DNA from: Octopus sinensis
Taxonomy: Eukaryota
Direction of reading: 5' to 3'
Assembly (NCBI RefSeq): GCF_006345805.1
Contig: NC_043026.1
Coordinates: forward strand, 3,286,001-3,350,000
Length of the DNA: 64,000 nucleotides
Below are positions 52,066-64,000 of this stretch, piece by piece; positions within the stretch are counted from its first letter, which is position 1; each line of letters begins with the position of its first letter. The notes beneath the pieces were generated by a model that was not told the DNA's origin, did no database searches, and saw only the letters and a program-made list of their open reading frames with translations. The position numbers were made by a program, and so were the translations under genes.

Positions 52066-53205
52066 TGTATATATTTATATATACGAGTAAACAAAGAGGG
52101 AGTGTGTTGCATTACATAGATATTCCTGGGGGTGAACAGAAAGAACACAACGACAAAAGAAATTCGATGCAAACACACGAAACAGAAAGCGAAATGAAAA
52201 GATAACAAATGGAAAATTAGACAAAAACACAAGAAATGGAAAATTTCCAGCAGATTTCCTCTTCATTCTCAGTCATTGACTGAAGAGGAAATCTGCGGCT
52301 AATTTTCCATTTGTCGTGTTTTTGTCTAATTTTTCTCATTGTTTTGTTCTTCTCATTCAACCTTTGGAATATTTATCTATATTTTGTTTTTGGATTTGGT
52401 TTGCAAGATTCTTTATATGAGTCCGTGTGTTGAAGCATGTTCTGTTGTGTCTGGGAAGAGTCATTTTCTTTTTGGGCCTTCGAAGAGTCAAGACTATTGA
52501 AAAGGTTGCAAGACAAAACGAAAATTTTAGGAAAATAAAAAAAATAAGAAAGAAGTGGAAATTTTACTGGTGAGTGTGTTACATTATAAGGCACAAAAAG
52601 AAAATGACTCTCCCCAGACACAACAGAATATCTATCTATATCCATTTATATTTATATAAATTAAATTAGAGATAAAACCACTATTAGGCAAATCAAACAA
52701 TGAAAAACATAAACCGAAACATAAAAGTAAACATAATTAATATAATATAGAAAATATATAAAATATAAAATTCTGAAATTTAAAATATAAAGTTGATCAA
52801 AAATGGAAGATGGACAGGCAAAACATTTGGCATTAGTCAAGAGATATTTACTTTGTAATAAAGTAAAAATAATCTTTTCACCTCGAGGCACAAGGCCCGG
52901 AATTTTGGAGGAGGTGGGGCCAGTCGATTAGATTGACCCCAGTATGCAACTGGTACTTAATTTATTGACCCCACAAGAATGAAAGGCAAAGTCGACCGTG
53001 GCAGAATTTGACCTCGGGACATAAAGACAGATGAAATAGTGCCAAGTATTTCACCTGGAATGCTAACGAGTCTGTCAGCCTGTTGCCTAAAGTACAAACA
53101 ATGTATAAAGTATATATTTCATTATATTCCTTTTTCATTGGTTTTAGCTTTTGGCCCTTTTTCTGTCCTTTGTATTTAACATTTGATGTTTCTCTCTCGT
53201 TTCAG

Positions 53206-53269
53206 GTTCACAACTCGGCACTTGAATGAAGAGTCCACCTCTCGATCTATCAAAAGCATGCTGGTGTGA
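53206..53269 (+). CDS. CYRI (FAM49): CYRI/FAM49 terminal coding exon, (R)FTTRHLNEESTSRSIKSMLV*
   Basis: Acceptor tttctctctcgtttcAG; 64 nt ending in TGA at 53267-53269; matches [20 protein letters not shown]. The four exons total 342 nt = 113 codons + stop with no frameshift. Confidence 0.95.
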
Positions 53270-53364
53270 GGATGGGGACAGAGGAGAGAGGAGTGGGTAG
53301 GTGTGTGTGTGGGAAGGGGGGCAGGTGGGGGAGATGACGAACAACCCACTGATTAATTACTTAT

Positions 53365-53402
<38 letters not shown>

Positions 53403-53492
53403 TCATAACAAGCAATGTTAAAGTCACACACACAAACACATGCATATCCACCTCGTGTACTGATCTATATACATAAATGTGTGTATGTGTAT

Positions 53493-53529
<37 letters not shown>

Positions 53530-53639
53530 CACACACACACACATTTGTACATTATTTCTGTGTAATTTCATGAACAAAATTAAGAGTATTTCAATATTTC
53601 AATACTTTGTGTAGAGTGGGTATATACATACATATATGC

Positions 53640-53682
<43 letters not shown>

Positions 53683-53706
53683 ATATATATATACATACAT
53701 ACATAT

Positions 53707-53772
<66 letters not shown>

Positions 53773-53773
53773 C

Positions 53774-53839
<66 letters not shown>

Positions 53840-54046
53840 TTTATTTTCACTTTATTTGTGGATTAACACTGCTACCCATCGCAGGTGATTAACCATCATT
53901 TTTAAGTGGATTGCTCAAAAATTAAGGAAATTCTTTCCACATAAAACCATTCGTAGCACTGTTAATCCAGAAATAAAGAATATTTTATCCACCAAATGCA
54001 GTGTTGATCTCTCATTCTCACTGTTCAATGCTATTGTGTATATACA

Positions 54047-54085
<39 letters not shown>

Positions 54086-54167
54086 GCATACCCTTTTTGC
54101 AATCCAAACAGGATAAATGATACATCACTATCCAAGTTTGTATATTGCCATATTTCATTCCATATCA

Positions 54168-54256
54168 GCGATCTCTGATGAGTGCAGGGTTACATAATTA
54201 GATTGCTACCTAACACGCCATTTAAATCCCTAGCACGAAACTGATTTGTATGATTG
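54168..54256 (+). ncRNA. Hammerhead-like motif with extended stem II downstream of the CYRI stop codon
   Basis: CTGATGA 54175-54181; stem II gtgc-aggg/ccct(a)gcac; GAA ACTGATTTGT A (GUA triplet, A54250); stem I cgatc/gattg beyond a U-U first pair. Confidence 0.5.
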
Positions 54257-54589
54257 GTCATAATGGATATCTAATACTGTACACTTCAGATAATATATAT
54301 ATATATATATATCGTAATATAGTTGATAAATAATACTATATTTCCATGAATTTGCAGTTTCCTACCATCTGGAGTATTCACCTGACGGAAGTTTGGTGAA
54401 ACTTTTCTCATGACGACAATCTTGACTTGTATTAAGCGGTTCTGTTTGGCATTAAACTTAGTCATGAAAATGTAGTAATATTTATTTCACATATTGTGTC
54501 TGTATGTCTGCATGAGTATAACAAGTGTGGGTCTTTTGTTTTTTTTGCATGTGAATATATACATACATTTTGTATATATGTGTGTATAC

Positions 54590-54621
<32 letters not shown>

Positions 54622-54656
54622 TCGTGTATATATATATATATAATATATATATATAT

Positions 54657-54788
54657 ACAAAATTTAGAGGATTGACCACTAAAAGTGGACAGCCTGTATG
54701 CTAGATATAGATGTCAAAATCGCTATTTTGACATTTATATCTAGCATACAGTCTGTCCACTTTTAGTGGTCAATCCTCTAAATTTTGT
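54657..54788. repeat. Near-perfect inverted repeat: 64-bp arms, 4-nt loop
   Basis: Arms 54657-54720 and 54725-54788 differ from perfect complementarity at 2 positions (one C-T, one G-T). Confidence 0.95.
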
Positions 54789-55669
54789 TTGTAAAAAAAT
54801 TTTTAATCGTCAGATTTTTTTAAATATGCTAGGCCACTGGTTTTAATTGATTAATATCAATTTCTACCCTTATTTAATTATATATATGTATGTATGTATA
54901 TATATGTATGTATATATTTATATGCACACATGCATATGGAAGAGTAATCAAGACAAATGAGTTAATAATAATTAAAGAGATAAAAAAAGTGATGTTTTAT
55001 ATTGTTACTACTCTGAGTTTTCTGTTCCTGCTTTTTGTCAGGATAAACTCCTCTTTGATATTGGTGTTTATATAAGCATTATATTGTAACATTATGCATA
55101 ATGATGTTGGAAAGGAGGAAGATAATACTTTGGGTAACAACAGTGTAAAATGTCAGAATCAGTTGCTGATATATACAATTTGTATTTCCACATACTGCTG
55201 AAGACACATATCTATCTATATATATATCCCTACATTCATATATATATATATAAGACCAAAAGGGTACGGGCGCCACTATATATATGTATATGTAGAAAAA
55301 TACAAACTGGGACAAGAACGCAAAACATTTAGAAGACGATACAAAAAACACGGACGGGACATTCGAAGCCTTCAATCTTCAGTCAAGAACCGGATCATCC
55401 TCGCAATTTCGGCTGAAATTGTTTTGCGTTCTTGTCCCAGTTTGTATTTTTTTACATATACATATATATATATATATCGATGTAAAATTGTGTGTTTGTG
55501 TGCGCATATCTGAATGTGTGTCTCAAGGCATACATATGTAAAAGATTGTGTGTGTCTGTGTATCCATGCACATATTGTAAATGCTTTTGAGACAGACATT
55601 TATATGCAAATACACACATACATCTGCAAACATGGATACATTCACTGCTGCAATAGTCTTCTTTCATCA

Positions 55670-55860
55670 TTGCCACAACCACCACCACAACCACAACCAC
55701 CACCACCACCACAACCACAACCACCACCACCACCACAACCACCACCACCACCACCACAACCACCACCACCACACCACCACCACCACCACCACCACAACCA
55801 CCACCACCACCACCACCACAACCACCACTACAACCACCACCACCACCACAACCATCATCC
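55670..55860. repeat. (CCA)/(CAA) trinucleotide microsatellite
   Basis: Directly visible. Confidence 0.95.
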
Positions 55861-56213
55861 TACCCATTCCCTCTTTGTCTTCTCCTTCCTTATCTGCAAT
55901 ACCCTAACCCACCCCTCTCACCCTCTTAATTGTCTTCTTCTAGACTTTCTTCTCATGCGTCTATGTACACACACACACACACACAACACCATATATATAT
56001 ATATAGAAGATATATATACATATATACACAATTTAGGTCAGTTGAAATATATTTGTCACATATTTCAACTCCTAAAGGCAAATACACTGTGGTTATCGTG
56101 GAGAAAACATCTCTCTTATTTAAAAAGGTGTGAAAATATCCCATTTGTTCAGTGTTGCCCTCTCTCGGGAATATAGACATACATATACAATATACATACA
56201 TACATATACATAT

Positions 56214-56268
<55 letters not shown>

Positions 56269-56620
56269 GGAGTGGCTGTGTGGTAAGTAGCTTGCTAACC
56301 AACCACATGATTCTGGGTTCAGTCCCACTGCGTGGCATCTTGGGCAAGTGTCTTCTGCTATAGTGGATTTGGTAGACGGAAACTGAAAGAAGCCTGTCGT
56401 ATATATGTATGTGTGTGTGTCTGTGTTTGTTCCCTTCGCATTGCTTGACAACCGATGCTGGTGTGTTTACGTCCCCGTCACTTAGCGGTTCGGCAAAAAG
56501 AGACCGATAGAAGAAGTACTGGGCTTACAAAAGAATAAGTCCCAGGGTCGATTTGCTCGACTAAAGGCGGTGCTCCAGCATGGCCACAGTCAAATGACTG
56601 AAACAAGTAAAAGAGTAAAA
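56269..56620 (+). mobile_element. tRNA-type SINE family A with short internal deletion
   Basis: Near-consensus head and tail. Confidence 0.88.
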
Positions 56621-56884
56621 TATAATGAACACACACACACACACACACACACACACTACTCTCCGCTCCCATCCACATTACTTTCTTCTCCCCCACCACC
56701 ACAGACCCTTCCCCTTCTCTTCAGGTTTATACTTTGCACCCTGCACTAGCCTACCATTCATCAAAACCATTTTTTTAATATTTTTCGTTGTTTTGTGTTT
56801 TACTAAAGATCCTTAGTTCCCTCACACATTCAACCACACATTTTAACTTCACCATTGATTTATTATTATTATTATTATTATTAC

Positions 56885-56917
<33 letters not shown>

Positions 56918-56954
56918 CATTATTATTATTATTATTATTATCATTATTATCATT

Positions 56955-57160
56955 ATGGCAACGAGCTGGCAGAGTTGTTAGCATGCATAGCAGTATTTTG
57001 TCCGTTTTTACGTTCTGAGTTCAAATTCCACTGAGGTCAACTTTACCTTTCATCCTTTCGGGGTCAATAAATTAAGTACCAGTAAAGCACTGGGGTCTAT
57101 TCCCCTCCCCACAAATTTCAGGCTTTGTGCCTTTAGCAGAAAGAATTATTATTATTATCC
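56955..57160 (+). mobile_element. SINE family C flanked by (TAT)n
   Basis: ggcaacgagctggcagagttgttagc...ttctgagttcaaattcc; homologues at 12690-12900, 41210-41470, 42440-42610, 49925-50150, 52880-53090 and 61725-62760. Confidence 0.75.
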
Positions 57161-57685
57161 TTATTATTTCAGGCTATCAGACTTAACGTAGCATTTGATC
57201 AAATGTGTAAGAGTTTTCTGTTTTTATTTTCCCCTCCCATATGCGTCCTGGGTTCATATCCTGCCATGGTTAATTTTCTTTCATTCTTCTGGAGTAGGGG
57301 TTGGGCTCACTAAAATATATACATCTGTATGTATGTGGGTATGTATGTAGGTATGAACTAATGAGGGAACCTTTTCTTAATAGCAATAGCAGCCAAATCT
57401 CCCTCAAATCACCATCTGCTGTCTCGTTTATGTATTTATATATGTATAAGCCAACACTGGAACTTCTATATCAAATCAGATGCGTGGGAAAATACTTTGA
57501 ATTAAATAGTCTGAGATTTTGCTAAAATCATAGATGAGATGGTCATAACTGGAGTGCTTTTGATCATTGGTCTGTTCAGCCATAGGCTAAATAACAAGAA
57601 AATCACTAAGGATGGCCTTTTTGGTTTTAAAAATATGAATGTCCTCAATGACAAGCTTCTCAACCTTTATATTTAAGTATTTCCC

Positions 57686-57859
57686 CTTTTATCTGTTGGG
57701 GTACTTCATCTTTTATCTGTTGGGGTACTTCATCTTTTATCTGTTGGGGTACTTCATCTTTTATCTGTTGGGGTACTTCATCTTTTATCTGTTGGGGTAC
57801 TTCATCTTTTATCTGTTGGGGTACTTCATCTTTTATCTATTGGGGTACTTCATCTTTTG
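57686..57859. repeat. 24-bp minisatellite, 7 near-perfect units (cttttatctgttggggtacttcat)
   Basis: Directly visible; one substitution in the last unit. Confidence 0.95.
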
Positions 57860-60800
57860 CTTAAGTCCTAAGGTACGTTGCCCCCTTTCACACTAGTAAG
57901 TACAATCCTGTGGGTCTCAAGACTCATGGGGCTAGTTATCCAGTTTCCATGGTGTATAAGTAACGAAGATACCGACGTTCCCTCTGAACAGGTCCTCTGT
58001 TCCTTGCTGCTCCCTTACAGCTGAGTGGATTGAAACAACAGAAACGAAGTGTTTTGCTCCAGAACATAAGACATCACGCTGCCCAGTCTGGGGATGCAAA
58101 CCTCAATCTTGCGACTGCAAAGGCAACACCCTAACCCTAACCACTAAACCACAAACCCCATCCCATATATAATAGGAATTGATGTCTGTTATAAAGCACA
58201 TGTACCCCATGTCTTATCTGGGTTGGATGCCAAAACCCTTTACCCTTCAGTCGACTTTTCTTCTAAGTCCCCTTACCTGCTCCCAAATATTTTGCTTAAT
58301 CCTTCCCAAACTTAGGCAGTGACTTTTATTTCTGTGAAAGCTCTCTATCCTTTGTAGAACTTGCAGTAGTTGCCAACCCCAAAACCACCACCAGCACTTC
58401 AGTAGCCCTTCACTAGGATTAGGCGATCCCTCATAAAACCTCCTCTTTGCTCAAATTAAAGCAGCCCTCTCTGGCTTGGGTATATACTATTTAAACCGGC
58501 CATATCCAACAAGAATAATCAACCTGTTTTATCTTCAAACCAACCAGATCAGACCTCTCACACTTACTCTGCAATATTATTCTAAAAATAAACAATCACA
58601 TTGTTGAAATCTTAAAGCTACAAGGTAATCCATGACTAATTCAGATCAATATGAATAAATAGGGATTACATTTGACAGGGTAATCTGAATGCTAAAGCCT
58701 TAAGTGGCTGCAACTCCTTTCACACCATTTCCAGCTTCGTCTAATCTCCATTTTCCAAGCCAGAGTAAGCGTGTTGATACAAATTGCTGTGAAAAGAAAC
58801 AGAAGCAAAATATTTACTACTGTAGTCCCAGATACCTAAAACTGGTGGAATGGTAATGACTGGAATCCCTTTAATTATAGGGTTTGCTAGATCAGAAATG
58901 ACCTCAGGTTAAACAACAAATGCCACGTGTCAGGGTTTAGGGGTCATTGATCTACTAAAAAAACCAAAAAAAAACAGTCAAATTTTCCTCTTAGTACAAT
59001 GATGACTTGGAGAAAGGAAGAGAGACGATAGATTGGGTACCTAGAATGACGAGGTGGTCACAGCTGGACTCTTTTTTGATTATAGGTCCTAACCCCATCA
59101 GGGTTGATTAGGGTTAAACAACAATCCCTTTCCACTCTGAGCTGCATTTAAGGAGGGTAGTTCTTCTAGGATGATCCCATTAACCACCACTACCATCTCT
59201 TTTAAAAACTTGTTCTGCCCATAACCTTGCCCTCATAAACATCATAACATAAGCACCACACAAAAAGCATGTCTATATAATGTGTATGTATGCACATATA
59301 CGTATGTGTGTGTATATATATATAAACAACTTATAAGTAAGGGCTAAAGAAAATTATTTAAAAATAATTTTCTTTAGCCCTTCTTTATAAGTTGTTTATA
59401 ATTTTAACCTTTAAAGGTTTTTTAAGATGCTGCCACATTTCTTGATGGAATTCTTTTCTGTAGAGAAAAAAACCTCATCCTATATTAGTACTATATATAT
59501 ATACATGTATGTATATATATGTGTGTGTGTGTGTGTGTATTTTGTGCACACATTTGTAGTATTCAGACATTTATGAATATATACGTACGCAATCATATAC
59601 AGCATGTAATAAAGCAATATAGCATGCATTCATATTTTTATTCTACTCACACAAACATGCATATAGCATTATACACTCACATTATGATTCCCATAAACAC
59701 ACAGACCACACGCTGAAACTTGCATAAAACACCAACATAAATCCTACACACACTACATTTCAAGCCTATCTCTCTATCTAACAATCTATATTTTTTTATC
59801 TCTCTATTTATTTGTCTTTGTATATATATATATATATATAACATAAACTTGGATATGTTTCGACCAATGATTGGTCCAGGCCATGTCTAACTTAATAGCA
59901 CCACCTGATAGGATTATTTGAGTCCTGTTTAAGTCAAGTTTTGTTTATGGTCCAAACATATATATATATATATATGTGTATATATATACATATATATATA
60001 ACATACATTTATACCTCTTAATACTCTCACAGACACATAACATCTTCACATAATTTTCAACACACACACACACACACACACACATGAAATGAAATACAAA
60101 CTTCTTCCCACCTCCTGCTCTACATTCCATCATGCTCTCTCCTAGCCACACATGATCACGCTTATACTATCACATCATCACACACACTACTCATTCCACA
60201 CACACACACATACATGTAATGTCTGTTTTAGTGCAGGCATAATTGTGATTATAAAGTTCGCTTTGTTACCACAAGGTCGCAAGTTCCATCCCAGTGCATG
60301 GTACCTTTGGCAAATGTCTCCTACTGTAGACTTAAACCAACAAGTACCGCATGGCCGGAATTGGTAAATGTTATCAGTATGGAAGCCTGTCATCTATGTA
60401 AATGTGTGTGTGTGTGTGTGTGTGGTACACATGTGTCTGTGTGACTGAAAGTCTGCAGTTCTTATGAAAGGTTTCAACTAATATATGTATATAGAAATAA
60501 GAACAGTAATCCTTGGTTGGAATTTATTAATTAGTACAGCTCAGTTCAACCCCTAAAAACTGGTTCACCTGTCAGCATCATTGGACTGTGGCCAGCAGAA
60601 CGGAAGAGGAGTTTTACTGGCATATTTAAAATGTTTTCCATAAACAAATTTAAAAGATATATGTATGTATAAACCAATGATGTCTGTTGGCATTACTTGG
60701 CCAAAAAAAGAAGCAGAAATGAAAAAAATCGTCCTTTATAGCTGTGCACTTTCAAAGCTGAGTGAAATAAACAATTCTTTACTTGAAGAAACACTTTAGG

Positions 60801-61185
60801 GCTTAGTGACCAGAAGAGCCTCTGGCAGTAACACAATGAAATGATTGGACAGACACACACTGCTCACATACGCTTGCATACACACACAAACTTGTACATA
60901 CAATAACTTCTTAACACACACACACACACACTGATTAATATTTTATTACTATTTTAGTGTTGTTTCCCTCATTCTGCAATTCAAGTAATCTGTATCTTAT
61001 ATGTATATGCATGTATGTATATATACACACACATATAATCTATATACATATTTGTATGTATATATAAAATGTGTATGTACATATGTGTGTATAGAAATAT
61101 ATATATATACACACACATATAATCTATATACATAGTTGTATGTATATATAAAATGTGTATGTACATATGTGTGTATATATACGTG

Positions 61186-61219
<34 letters not shown>

Positions 61220-61724
61220 TATAATCTATATACATATTTGTGTATATATATACATTTACATATATGTGTGTATATATATATATGTGTATATATATGTGTG
61301 TGTGTATATATATATATATATAAACACACACACACACACACTTTTGCCTAAACACTCTCTCTATATCCAATTATTTTGCCTCCACTTTTTGATATTTTCA
61401 TTCTTTCTTAAAAACAGTAAAATGTCTTTGTTTTTTGTTTTTTGTTCCCCCTTCCTTTTTTGTTGTTTGTTTTTGTCATTATTGTTGTTGTTTGTTTTTG
61501 TTGTTTTTTTTAATAGTTGATCTTTTTTCTTGGGGTTTATATATATATTTTTTTGATATGTAAGAAATTATTTTTATTATCATTATTATTATTATTATTA
61601 TCATTATTATTATTATAAGAGTACCAGTGAAGTACTGAAATCCGTTTCAATCTGCTCTGTCTCTCTCTCTCTCTTCTCTCTTCTACCCTGGCACTTCAAG
61701 AAACCTTGGCCTTGTATCAGTGTT

Positions 61725-62760
61725 AGGTTTCATTTGTTGTGAGTTCAAATCTCACCAATGCCAAGTTCCCACAAAATTTCAGGCCTTATGCCTATGGTAG
61801 AAACAATTATTATTATTATTATTATTATTATTATGGCAGCAAGCTGGTAGAACTGTTAACACCCTGGACAAAGTGCCTAGCGGTATTTTGTTCATCTTTA
61901 CATTCTGAGTTCAAATTCTGCCAAGGTCAATTTTGCCTTTCGTCCTTTCAGGTTTGATTAAATGAGGACCAGTTGAACACTAGGGGTCGATGTAATTGAC
62001 TACCCCCTGCCTTCCCCAAAATTTCAGGTCTTGTGCTTATAGTAGAAAGGATTATTATTATTATTATTCTATAGGTAGTGGATTAGCAGAATCGTTGGAG
62101 CATTGGACAAAATGCTTTGTGCTATTTATTCCAGCTCTTTACATTCTGAGTTCAAATCCCAATAAGATCAAGTTTACCTTCTATTTCCCTTGGCTTGGTA
62201 AAACACCAGTTAAGTATAGGATTTGGTTTATTCCCCTAAACCCTTCCTTCCAAGTTTGTGGCTATCTTAGAAACAATGATTATCTTGGGAAAGCCCCAGA
62301 CCAAATCAGTATTCATTTTTACTTTGCCCTCCATCCCCTATTTGCTGGGTTCAAATCTCACAGAAGTTAAAATTTCCCTTTCAGTCTTCCCTAGAAAGTT
62401 GACTGATTAAATACAAATAAGATACCAGTTATGTGCTGGGTCGATTTTCATAGAATCTATCCCTCTTTTTCTCCTCCTATTCCCTCTCTACACAATTGAT
62501 GGCCTTTTCCCTTTATTCAAATCATTATCATTATTATAATTATTATTGGTGCGATAATTAAAATGCTCTTGGGGCATTTACTCATTTCCCGTTTCGTTCC
62601 AATTTGAAATCCTCTCGAAGCTGAATCTGCCTTTCTGAGGTCAATAAAATTAAGTACCAGTCATGTACTAGGGTCAATGGTATTGATTAATCTGCCTCTC
62701 TAAATTTCAGGCCTTGTGCCCATGTTAGAGACTTATTATTATTATTATTATCATTATTAT
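61725..62760 (+). mobile_element. Head-to-tail cluster of about 5 diverged family C SINEs separated by (TAT)n
   Basis: Repeated gagttcaaat...aaatttcagg...gtgc...attattatt modules. Confidence 0.7.
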
Positions 62761-63581
62761 TATTGCTGTTGTTATTCCTGGTTTATCTTTTTATTTTCTT
62801 CATCTTTTTCCTTTTAAAACTTTATAAAAGATTTAGACACCAAAAGAAATGCTTTTGTTATTATTATTATTATTATTGAATTGTTTGCATTGATTGATAG
62901 AGACAGCAGTTACTACATCTGCAAAGACTTTAAAATTTCTTGTTTCTTTTTTTTTCAAGAACTTTGTCAGAAGAGGGCGGGTAGAGAGCCTAGCATATCT
63001 CAAGGTTTCCAGGCCCAGCAGAAGGACGGAATGATGATACCTTCATAGCAGAGACCTAACCTGAGTGTTCTAAACCTAATCCTCAAAATGTAGCAAGGAA
63101 TATCTCATTCCTGTTCAGCAAACGGTTCTCAGTCGTAGACATATCACAAGCTTTATAACCAGAACAACTTCCAGGTCAAGTGTAATGGCTCAGATAGCAT
63201 TGCTTCTCAGCTCTCATATCATAGTTGAAGTCTGCAACTTCAGAATCACACACACGTGTCCACTTTAAAGATCTCATCTCTTTAAGGTGGTCGGATATAG
63301 AGCAGGAGAAGAATGCTATGGGATTATGGGAAATATCTTCATCAGATACAATCAGTTTGTAGATTAATTTAGGTTAAAAGTTCCACAAAATGTCAGGAAT
63401 GCAAAAGAAAATGAAATGGAAAATATTGTTGTAGTTGTAATATATATTTTGCCATTATTTGTTTGGTCTTTACCACTGAAGAGGTGCCAAGAGAGCTTAC
63501 ACAAAGACACTAAAATAACAATAAAACTGAAGGGAAGACCAAATATATAGTGTGCGTGTTTAATTGGCAAAACATATGGCC

Positions 63582-63983
63582 AGGCGCAGGAGTGGCTGTG
63601 TGATAAGTAGCTTGCTTACCAACCACATGGTTCCGGGTTCAGTCCCACTGCGTGGCATCTTGGGCAAGTGTCTTCTGCTATAGCCTCGAGCCGACCAATA
63701 CCTTGTGAATGGATTTAGTAGACGGAAACTGAAAGAAGCCCGTCATATGTATATATATAATATGCATGTGTGTGTTTGTGTATCTGTGTTTGTCCCCCTA
63801 GCATTGCTTGACAACTGATGCTGGTGTGTTTATGTCCCCGTTACTTAGCGGTTCGGCAAAAGAGATCGATAGAATAAGTACTGGGCTTACAAAAGAATAA
63901 GTCCCGGGGTCGAGCTGCTCGACTAAAGGCGGTGCTCCAGCATGGCCGCAGTCAAATGACTGAAACAAGTAAAAGAGTAAGAG
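63582..63983 (+). mobile_element. tRNA-type SINE family A, full length
   Basis: Near-consensus copy. Confidence 0.9.
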
Positions 63984-64000
63984 TATCCCCCAAGTTTAAC

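Noticed and set aside
55514-56176. 220-aa Pro/Gln/His-rich ORF
   Set aside because: Translation of a (CCA)/(CAA) microsatellite with no splice or homology support
58128-58142. (CCCTAA)2 telomere-like motif
   Set aside because: Only two units, embedded in a SINE-like repeat
62960-63350. Possible terminal exon after a strong polypyrimidine tract
   Set aside because: All frames close within about 30 codons and there is no recognisable homology; it lies downstream of the CYRI stop

Overview
AT-rich, repeat-dominated animal genomic DNA. The SINE/LINE repertoire and dense (TA)/(CA)/(TATG) microsatellites look like an Octopus-type cephalopod genome; this is inferred from repeat sequence only. The one host gene I can support is the 3' part of CYRI/FAM49 (Rac1 interactor) on the + strand. 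It has four GT-AG coding exons (40103-40182, 43714-43840, 44978-45048, 53206-53269) that splice in frame to the C-terminal 113 aa, all missed or only partly captured by the ORF track. No upstream CYRI exon was found in the first 40 kb, so most of the window is probably one very long intron. The rest is tRNA-type SINEs, RTE/CR1/R4 LINE relics, two mariner relics, hAT and Tc1-like MITEs, non-autonomous Helitrons, a probable Gypsy relic and mini/microsatellites. The most interesting signal is RNA-structural. Two near-identical 359-bp tandem monomers at about 900-1620 each carry a well-formed type I hammerhead ribozyme, a retrozyme-like arrangement in the CYRI sense orientation. Several further hammerhead-like motifs and long foldbacks of probable Penelope-like origin are scattered through the window, including one hammerhead-like motif and a 64-bp hairpin just downstream of the CYRI stop codon. 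All structures were folded by eye; none was tested computationally.
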